This document shows, piece by piece, positions 54,580-64,000 of a stretch of DNA of 64,000 nucleotides. The notes beneath the pieces are model-generated. The model worked only from the letters and a program-made list of their open reading frames with translations, ran no database searches and was not told the origin of the DNA. This DNA is from Octopus vulgaris (lineage: Eukaryota). The first letter of the stretch is position 1. Every line of letters starts with the position of its first letter. The position numbers and the translations under genes were made by a program. The stretch is from the NCBI GenBank assembly GCA_951406725.2, contig OX597820.1:10292001-10356000 (forward strand), in the 5' to 3' direction.

Positions 54580-54998
54580 ACTTACTTGGAAGAAGAAGAA
54601 GAAAATATATATATATTTTGAACAGTTAAAGAGAACCCGCAGTGGAAGCATTGTCCGCTGAGCCAATTATCTTGGCGGCCACATCAGCTGGATTACGGCT
54701 GACATAGTGTCTCTTATGAAAGCCGGCTCCATTGTTGTTTGACGTGTCACCAATAAGTTGGCTCTTTGTTCGTTTCTCGTATGAGCTTCATTAGCAGCAG
54801 AAATCACGGCTCCTCTACAGATGTCGTTGACACGAGAAACGTTATATTTAAAAATGGCCGACAAGAAAGGAAATTGTGTTTGTAATTGATGTCAGAGAAA
54901 CCTCTTAGTGAACAGTTCAATCTACCATATACTCTGAGTATGTGTATGTATGTATGTATGTATGTATGTATGTATGTATGTATGTATGTATGTATGTA

Positions 54999-55228
54999 TA
55001 TTTCTTTACTACCCACAAGGGACTAAACATAGAGGGGACAAACAAGGACAGACAAAGGGATTAAGTCAATTACATAGACACCAGTGCAAAACTGGTACTT
55101 TATTTATCGACCAAGAAAGGATGAAAGGCGAGTCGACCTCGGCGGAATTTGAACTCTGAACGTAACGGCAGACGAAATATGGCTACGCATTTTGCCCGGC
55201 ATGCTAAAGTTTCTGCCAGCTCGCCGCC
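54999..55228 (-). mobile_element. SINE family B
   Basis: Full-length homology. Confidence 0.85.
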
Positions 55229-55252
55229 TTTTGTATGTATATATGTGTGTGT

Positions 55253-55286
<34 letters not shown>

Positions 55287-55494
55287 ACGTGCACCTGATA
55301 TAGTGTTGTGTAGCATATATCTTTTATCACTCACTTGTTTCAGTCATTGGACTTTGGCCATACTGGGGCACCGCCTTTATGGGTTTTAGTCGAATGAATC
55401 AACTCCAGTATTTCATTTTATTAAGTCTGGTTTTTATTCTACTTGTCTCATTTACAGAACTGTTAACTTACGTGGATGTAAACAAACCAACAGC

Positions 55495-56160
55495 GATTTT
55501 CTCTCATGTCTCCTCTCCAGGGAATAGAATACCAGTTCTTTTAACCTCTCCCTGTAGCCCATGTGTTTTACTGAGTCTATCTTCTTTGAGCAGTGGCATT
55601 GGATCGCCTCTAGTTCCGCAATTAGTTTTACGCTCTGTGATGACCACAATTGGCAGCAGTAGTTCAGACGACTGAGGACAAAGGTTCTCCGAAGCAAAAC
55701 CATTGAGTCTCTGTTCCTGGCCCTGAGGGACCTAAAGATCAAGCCTATTTCTTTTCTACCCACAAGGGGCTAAACACAGAGGAGACAAACAAAGACAGAC
55801 AAATGGATTAAGTCGATTATATCGACCCCAGTGCGTAACTGGTACTTATTTAATCAACCCCGAGAGGATGAAAGGCAAAGTCGACCTCGGCGGAATTTGA
55901 ACTCAGAACGTAACGGCAGACAAAATACCGTAAAGTATTTCGCCCGGTGTGCTAACGTTTCTGCCAGCTCACCGTCTTTCTAAGGAGCCAACCTGCCACC
56001 CGCTTGCATAGTGTTACTATCTGAGCAATGTGAACATGGAAATTTACGTCGTTCCTCTTGAGGATTCCCAGGTCGCGCACCGACTCAAACTCTGGTTACA
56101 TTGCCTGCTGGTCTCGTGTACTTCAGTTGCAGTTAGCTCGTAGGCTGATAGCGGAGTGCT
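55495..56160 (-). pseudogene. CR1-clade LINE RT C-terminal fragment split by SINE B (55746-55976)
   Basis: SVRDLGIL...FHVHIAQIVTLCKRVAGWLLR, then the SINE, then FRSLRARNRDSMVLLRRTFVLSRLNYCCQLWS...LEAIQ...GYRERLKELVFYSLERRHER. Confidence 0.8.
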
Positions 56161-56320
56161 TGAAATTGTGTAGCATATAAATATAATTAAAACAGTATTT
56201 TTCATTAAAAATATATTAAAACTATGTAAGCTGTGTGCATTTCTCTTCTTTTATTTAATATATTTTTTGCGTTACAGCTCACCAATTGGGAATAATCGAG
56301 ATTCTCTTCTTCCCTTTTCT

Positions 56321-56367
<47 letters not shown>

Positions 56368-56696
56368 TATATGTATATATATATGTGTATATATATATAT
56401 ATATGCATATATATACATATACATACATATATATACACATATATAAACATAAATACATGTATATATATATATACATACAAATATATACAATCATTCATAT
56501 ATATATATATATATATATATATGCATACATATATATATATATATCCATATATATATAAATATATACATATAAATATCTGTATACTGATGTAAATATGTAT
56601 CTATAAATATGAGTGTGTGTATTTATTTATATTTATATATACACCTGAAAGCATATATACATAAGTACACATAAATATATACATACATACATTCAT

Positions 56697-56752
<56 letters not shown>

Positions 56753-57369
56753 AGACGGTGGCTGACGCAAGGAAGTGTGGCGATGTTGTTTGAAAGATCA
56801 TAGAAATGGAACGGAATAATTTATTTGGAAAGGAAATGTGTATAACAGCTTCAAAAGAGCGAACATATGTAAATAATGCATCAAATATATTTGAAGGCGA
56901 AGGAGAGAACAACTGGAAGAAGGGAGAGACAGACTGGCCGTAGAATGAAAACAAAATGCTGAGAGATGCTTTTAAAATGTCTGCAGAAATGTGGAGTATG
57001 TTGAAACAAATTGGAAATCTGATTAAAATCATTGTATGACCGAGTTGAAGGAGTCGGTACATTTGTAAGAGTTCGGTTATATTTGGTGATACAAATGTGT
57101 TCGTTTAGAAGAATGTTAATATGTGTTTGTATACTTCTGTACACAATTATTTTACAAGAGCTTATTATTATTTTTATTATTTTTTTTGTAAATTGAAAAC
57201 ACACAGGTGTGGGTGTGGGTTTGTGATAAAAAAGATTGCTTCCCAACCATATGGTTCCGGGTTCAGTCCCACTGCCTGGTACCTTGGGCAAGTGTCTTCT
57301 ACTGTAGTCTCGGGCCGACCAGACCAAAGCCTTGTGATAGGATTGTAGACGGAAACTGCAAGAAGCCCG

Positions 57370-57418
<49 letters not shown>

Positions 57419-57520
57419 GGAGTAAACACATAAATGTGAAACAAGGTGGAAAAAAGAGTACTCAAATACCAGTGGTAGAGTAATATGCTTTATTTAAAGC
57501 AGCAGAAAATTCAACAAAAC

Positions 57521-57558
57521 CTGTTACTCTGAGTTTCCCGTTGCCATTCATCGGACAG
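57521..57558 (-). ncRNA. Hammerhead variant (CCGAUGA core) inside an inverted repeat
   Basis: CUGU-CCGAUGA-A-uggcaacgg-GAAAC-UCAGA-GUA-ACAG; arms at 57488-57522 / 57563-57598; stem II weak. Confidence 0.5.
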
Positions 57559-57597
57559 TTTTTAGGTTTTGTTGAATTTTCTGCTGCTTTAAATAAA

Positions 57598-57660
<63 letters not shown>

Positions 57661-57667
57661 ATAAATA

Positions 57668-57915
57668 AATGCGCCCTTTTAAATCCTAGCCAGGTTCATG
57701 GGCCCCGTTTCCCGGTTTCCGTAGCGTATATGTTTCCCAGGCGGACGGGACGCCAGTCCATCGCAGTGTTACTCATTTTTGCCAGCTGAGTGGTCTAGAG
57801 CAACGTGAAATGAAGTGTTTTGCTCAAGAACCGAACGTATCGCCCGGTCCAGGAATCGAAATCACAATCTTACGATCATGATGCTGACGCCCTAACTTCT
57901 AAACCAGCCGCCTCC
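57668..57915 (-). mobile_element. tRNA-SINE with second head and tail type 3
   Basis: Tail CTGCGATGGACTGGCGTCCCGTCC...CCTGGCTAGG shared with 60666-60974. Confidence 0.7.
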
Positions 57916-58199
57916 ATATATGTGTGTGTGTGTGTGTGTGTGTGTATTTGTATGTATATATTTATGTATGTGTGTGTTTTTCCTGCCTTTGTTTTTCCCA
58001 CACACCATCACTTGACAACCGATGTTGGTGTGTTTATCTCCCCGTAATTAGTGGTTCAGCGAAACAGACCAATAGAATAAGTACTGGACTTGCAAAGACT
58101 AAGTCAATTGTTTCGACTAAACAAAATATCTGTAAGGTGTTCCTCCAGTATGGCCGTAGTCAAAATGACTGGAACAAGTAAAACGATAACAGAATATAT

Positions 58200-58580
58200 A
58201 CTGGCGCAGGTTCCGGGTTCAGTCCCACTGCGTGGCACCTTAGGCAAATGTCTTTTACTGTAGCCTTGGGCTGACCAAGGCCTTGTGAGTGGATTTGGTA
58301 GACGGAAACTGAAGGAAGCCCGTCGTATATCTCTCTTTCCCTCGCTATCTTTCTCTCCCTCTTCATATATATGTATGTATTTGTGTGTCAGTGATTGTCT
58401 CCCCACAATCGATTGACAACCGGTGTTGGAGTGTTTACGTCCCCGTTACCTAGCGGTTCGGCAAAAGTGAACAATGTAATAAGTACTAAGCTTATAATGT
58501 ATAAATTCTGGGGAGAATTTTTCGACTAAAGGCGGTGCTCCAGCATGGCTGTAGTCAAATGAGTGAAACAAGGGAAAGAA
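58200..58580 (+). mobile_element. SINE family A
   Basis: Homology to family A. Confidence 0.8.
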
Positions 58581-58862
58581 TGAAATGATATATATATATA
58601 TATATATATACCGACTTCCACACAGTTTCCCTTTCATCCTTTCGGGGTCGATAAATTAAGTACCTGTTGCCTACTGTGGTCGATCTAATTCACTGACCAC
58701 CTCCCCAAAATTTCGAGCCTTGCGCCTAGAGTAGAAAAGAATATTGTGTATATATCCTCGACTTTATACGCGGATGAATTCACTTGTGCGTGAATGTCAG
58801 CGCGTGTTTTCATGTGCAAGCACGTGTGCGTGCGTGCGTGTGTGTGTGTATGTGAGTGTGTA

Positions 58863-58905
<43 letters not shown>

Positions 58906-59005
58906 TTCGACGTATGCATTCGAAGTAATTTTGAATATGTATACCCATGTTCGTGTGTGACTGGAAATAAATAAGATTATATGAAACGGTTTCGGTTAGT
59001 GAGCA

Positions 59006-59064
<59 letters not shown>

Positions 59065-59188
59065 ACTCTTTCTCTCTATCTATCTATCTATCTGTCTGTC
59101 TAACTAACTGACTGTCTGTCTATTTATCTATCTATCCATTCTGATAGATGAATAGACCTTTCTCTCTATCTACCTTCTGATATTTCCG

Positions 59189-59241
<53 letters not shown>

Positions 59242-59244
59242 TTA

Positions 59245-59405
<161 letters not shown>

Positions 59406-60039
59406 GTCTGTATTTATATATATATAATCCCCCACCCTCTCTCTACTTATCTGTCCCTCTCTCTCTGGCTTTCTGCATCTATCAGTTTTTTATCTATTTT
59501 TTTCTCTATCTATGTAGGTTTATAAAATAATGCAATGTTTCAGTGGGTTTTTAAATCGCCTGTCATAATGTATTAAATCCTAATAAATATAAATTGTTAA
59601 TCTATAAATAAGGATTTCTAGATTATATACAATCAGCAAATCTTGGTATCGGGTTTACGAAATTATTTACGATAGCCATAAAATATGAATAATTTCCCTC
59701 ACCTAAAAATTAGTTTTCTTTAACAAAGATTCAAAAAAGTGAGTTGAGTTCGATTGTTCGCGTCAGTGAAGTTCTCGTGCCCATCGAAGGGTTCTGGTCG
59801 GGTGCCTCTGTTAGAACTAGTTTTACGATGGATTGATTGGCGGAGAGATGATGACCTGGAGTATGGTACAAAATATCCTCCGGTATGAAATTACATCCAT
59901 GTAGATTCTGTGATGAAATCCGTCCAAGTTACACTTGACTTGCCGTCTTCCATGGGTCGAAAAAATCAGCAATTCCTCAACTATTGCGTGTGTTACCTTC
60001 CAAAAACTCCCACGATAAGTGAAAATCCAGGAAGTAGAA

Positions 60040-60220
60040 ACAGTACTGTACTGTACATTTTTTAAAACTATTTTTTATAATTTCTATATATTTATTTTAT
60101 TATAAATGCGAAACAACACTACAGAGAAATCGACGTAAGATTAAATAATAAACCGCGATAGATGAATCGCAATAGGTGAACCGCGATAGGTGATCCGCGA
60201 CATGGCGTGGAATTACTGTA
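60040..60220. mobile_element. Tc1/mariner (Tigger/pogo-like) MITE end
   Basis: Repeated AACCGCGATAG subterminal motifs ending GGAATTACTG-TA. Confidence 0.45.
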
Positions 60221-60665
60221 CATAGCATTGAAATGACTTTTATTTTTCTCGCTCCCTAGGAATTATAGGGTCGGTCATCCAGTTTCGAAACCTAAATGAC
60301 TGAGATCTCTGTATTCGTCCTGAACGGAACGTTGGACAGTTACAGGTTTCCCGGCAAGTAAGTTTGAAGGGAGGGGTAAGTCGATTGCATTGACCCGAGT
60401 ACTTTACTGGTGCTTTGTAAACCTAAAGACGGAAGGCAAAGTTGCCTTCCTCGGGATTTGAGCTCAAAACGTAATGAGCCGGAAGACATACCACCATCTT
60501 TTTGTCCGATGTGCTAACGCTTCTGCCAGCTCGCCTCTTTATTAGGATTACATACATTTAATCGACTGCAATCCGCTCATAAAGGTGGTGGTCATGTTCC
60601 TGTTTTGCAGATTAACATTATTGCCAATACCACTTAAGAATTTAGAAAGTTCAAAATGTTTATTG

Positions 60666-60974
60666 GTGGAGGCGCAATGGCCCAGTGGTTAGGGCAGTAG
60701 ACTCGCGGTCGGAGGATCGTGGTTTCGACTACCAGACCGGGCGTTGTGTGTGTTTATTGAGCGAAAACACCTAAAGCTCCACGAGGCTCCAGCAGGGGGT
60801 GGTGGCGACCCCTGTTGTACTCTTTCTCACACTCTTCCTGTTTCTTGAGTAATTCTGCGATGGACTGGCGTCCCGTCCAGCTGGGTGGTGGGGGGGGGCA
60901 CATACGCCACAGAACCCGGGAAACCGGACCCATGAGCCTGGCTAGGCTTGAAAAGGGAGCATAAATAAATAAAT
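60666..60974 (+). mobile_element. SINE family C head with tail type 3, 13-bp TSD
   Basis: TSD AAAATGTTTATTG at 60653-60665 and 60975-60987; (TAAA)n end. Confidence 0.9.
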
Positions 60975-61357
60975 AAAATGTTTATTGTATTAGACGTTAT
61001 ATATACCTAACACATATACACGAAATGATAACTGAAAATATTTTAAATTTAAAGACACTTTTTTCCTTATTGTACCATTAATATTCTTCGATATATCTCC
61101 ATTTAGGTTAACATTCACATAATGCTCACCATCTGGAAAAATTAGAAATAAATAAATGGCAAATATAATTTCATTTAAATAAATAATTTTTACCATTTAG
61201 GAAAACTTTATCACCTTTAAATTTCAAAGTGTACCTGGTTTTCTAAGAGTATTTATTTTCTAAGGAATATATTTCGATTAACATTTCTCAAAGTTTTTAA
61301 TCTCAACTTTAATTTCGATCAGACTGTTTTTTTGGTCAATATTTTTTTGGCAAGTCA

Positions 61358-61685
61358 AGGCGGTTTGCTGACAGAAATGTTAGTACGCTGGGCAAAATGC
61401 TTAGCGCTATTTCGTCTGCCATTACGTTCTGAGTTCAAATTCCGCCGAGGTCGACTTTGCCTTTCATCCTTTCAGGGTCGATAAATTAAGTACCAGTTAC
61501 GCACTAGGAACGATCTAATCGACTTAGTCCCTTTATCTGTCCTTGTTTGTACCTTCTCTGTTTAGCCCCTTATGGGCAATAAAGAAATAAGAAATGTTAG
61601 CGAGCCGGGCGAAATACTTAGCGGTTTTTCGTCTGTCTTTACGTTCTGAGTTCAAATTCCGCCGAGGTCGACTTTGCTTTTGATC
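61358..61685 (+). mobile_element. SINE family B dimer
   Basis: Homology to family B. Confidence 0.85.
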
Positions 61686-61689
61686 CTGT

Positions 61690-62018
61690 GCAGTGGCACA
61701 GTTACAAATGTCCCAGCTATCCCATCTAGTGGGAGGAACATGTGCTGCAATAGTTTGGGACTCAAGGGCCCACAGCTATATAACACTTTGCCAAAACATC
61801 TGAGACATTTGCATGGAGTGAGATGGATGCTTTGAAGGAATATCTTGTTCAAGTTTCCAGATGAACCTACATCACAACAAGAAACTAATAAGAAGTCTGG
61901 AATATCGAACTCTCTCCTTCGCTGATAGCGAATCACATAAGAATGGCTATTGAGAATGTGATGATACTGGCGGTGCCCCAACATGGCCACAGCCTTTGAG
62001 TTGAAACGCATGAAAGAA
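61690..62018 (+). pseudogene. CR1-clade LINE 3' end
   Basis: CNSLGLKGPQLYNTLPKHLRHLHGV...FPDEPTSQQE...SNSLL, then tail GGCGGTGCCCCAACATGGCCACAGCCTTTGAGTTGAAAC. Confidence 0.75.
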
Positions 62019-62686
62019 TATATATTCATATACGTATGTATTCGCAAATTTACATACAAAGACAACCCACTAAGCACATATACATACGTATGTACAAGTT
62101 TCGTAATGCAGACAAGAAAATAGGGCTCAAAACATCAACCACTGCCCAAAACTCTCAGTCCTTTATACGAAAAATGCGTCCAACCCACAGACAAAACAGC
62201 AATCGACCCAAGATCTTATGAACATGAACCAACATCTTAAACACTACTCCACAAACTGTTATTAGCTGTCTTTAATATTAAGTTCTATAATTGCCGCAGA
62301 AACATTAATATTAATATAAATAAATGTTGCATTTAAATTGCTCGCAGTAATTGAGATAAATTACTTTTTGGAAAGCATCTTCGATGTTCTTTAACCTAAA
62401 GAGTATTTTGCAAAATTGATGTAATTTTATTTTCTATTAATTTCAAATGAAGTAAAGGATCAACCATCAGCAGGAAAAAAAAAATTGATAATGAACTTGT
62501 TTACATCTTAAGTCCAAACAACTGGGGGGAAAATGGCGATTGGTAAAAAGTTTGCTTCGCAATCACATGGTTCCGGGTTCAGTACCAATGCGCGGCATCT
62601 TCGGCGAGTTTCTTCTACCATAGCTTCAGGCAGTCCAAAGCTTTGTTCTTGGATTTAGTGGGCGAAAACTGGAAGAAATCCATCGC

Positions 62687-62770
<84 letters not shown>

Positions 62771-63325
62771 GTATACATACATATAGTAATATAGTTAGTA
62801 GCTAATTAAGCACATGGGATACACCTGGTAGTCTGTCGGTAAAGCACGTTTGGGGCCTTGGGCTAGCTGTAGCCCACCGCAGTATTATGTCACTGGATCT
62901 AGCTCAGGAAATCCTCAGTGTTCGTCGAATATGTAATTAATAAGTTTTATAATAGAAGATATATATGTATACATATGTGTGTCTTTGTGTTTGTGTGTGT
63001 ACCCCACCACCGCTTAACAACGTCTCCGTATCTTAGTTCGGCAAAAGACATCGATAGAAAAAGTGTGAGTCTTAAAAGAACAATTAAAATCTACTTGGAT
63101 CGATTTGCTCTACTAAACTCTTCAAGACGGTGGTGCCCCCGACATGGTCGCAATCCAATAACTGAAAGAAGTAAAAGAGAAATCACGCAAGCTTGCTTAT
63201 CAACCATATGGTTCCGGGTTCAGTCCCACTGCGTGGCACCTTAGGCAAGTGTTTTCTACTATAGCCTCGGGCCGACAAAAGCCTTGTGAGTGGATTAGTT
63301 AGACGGAGGCTGAAACAAGCCTGTC

Positions 63326-63392
<67 letters not shown>

Positions 63393-63424
63393 AAGGTTTG
63401 GCACTGGTATTATATATTAGAAAA

Positions 63425-63638
63425 TATGAGATACTCAGAAATCTGAATGATTGTATATTTACAGATATTTATTAGTGTTACATGTTTTATAAATCATATA
63501 TCATATATTAGTGCTTTCCTCCACTCTAGTGGAATCTTCAGTCCACTAGAGTGGACGAAAGCGCTATTATTTATATGATTTATAAAAACATGTATCATAC
63601 TGATAACCATCCAGATTTCTGAGTAACTCATTTTTTTC

Positions 63639-63640
<2 letters not shown>
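63425..63640. repeat. Fold-back element centred on a hammerhead motif
   Basis: Arms ...gtgctttcctccactctagtgga / tccactagagtggacgaaagcgc... around ATCTTCAG (the CUGAAGAU core on the minus strand); unfolded relatives at 20930-21070 and 47110-47200. Confidence 0.75.
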
Positions 63641-63732
<92 letters not shown>

Positions 63733-63735
<3 letters not shown>

Positions 63736-64000
63736 CTTCATTTCCATACACGCCAGCTTAATTTAATTCGTCCTTAGTCGAAAGACACCTGTTGTTAATG
63801 TCGTGTTGTTTGCATTTGTATTTGTGTAACATTTCTCCGCTTTTTCCGTCTTTCTTTTTGTATACATTCGCAGGTTTCTTCCAAGGAATCCTGTGCTCTT
63901 AGCTTAGATTTTTCTTGGGGCTGGCCGGATTGGAGCAGTCTCGAATATAACCAGCCGAAACTGCTGAGAAGATCTGGAACTCGACTGACGATGGAAAACT
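63733..64000 (+). repeat. pLTR-like repeat after (TA)n, with a hammerhead core cut by the window end
   Basis: ...CGA-CTGACGA-TGG at ~63982-63994. Confidence 0.35.

Noticed and set aside
59821-59883. Possible 63-nt exon FYDGIDWRRDDDLEYGTKYPP
   Set aside because: Poor polypyrimidine tract; not distinguishable from chance.
60666-60745. tRNA gene
   Set aside because: tRNA-like SINE head that continues into the SINE body, with a TSD; the acceptor stem is not intact.

Overview
AT-rich, extremely repeat-dense eukaryotic DNA. Its tRNA-derived SINE families, compound (TA)n/(TG)n/(AAT)n/(GATA)n microsatellites and LINE fragments look like an octopus (coleoid cephalopod) intronic or intergenic region; this assignment is inferred from recognised repeat families, not from a search. 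No intact protein-coding gene, structural RNA gene or CRISPR array is supported. Almost all ORFs in the track are artefacts of microsatellites or SINEs. Recognisable content: dozens of copies of at least three tRNA-SINE families (four with clear TSDs); decayed LINE pieces (RTE/BovB-like, CR1-clade, R4/Dong-like, a zinc-knuckle ORF1-only element); Penelope-like (PLE) GIY-YIG remnants; non-autonomous Helitrons; MITEs; and two weak candidate exons. The most striking unexplained structure is a dense set of short non-coding inserts in or next to (TA)n/(AAT)n arrays. They carry minimal hammerhead-ribozyme motifs (about 10, some with a CCGANGA core variant) and are repeatedly arranged as tail-out fold-back inverted repeats. 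One joins a Pol III B-box, an (AAT)n array and a hammerhead tail, which suggests a PLE-mobilised, ribozyme-bearing SINE-like system that targets microsatellites. Coordinates of decayed elements are approximate.
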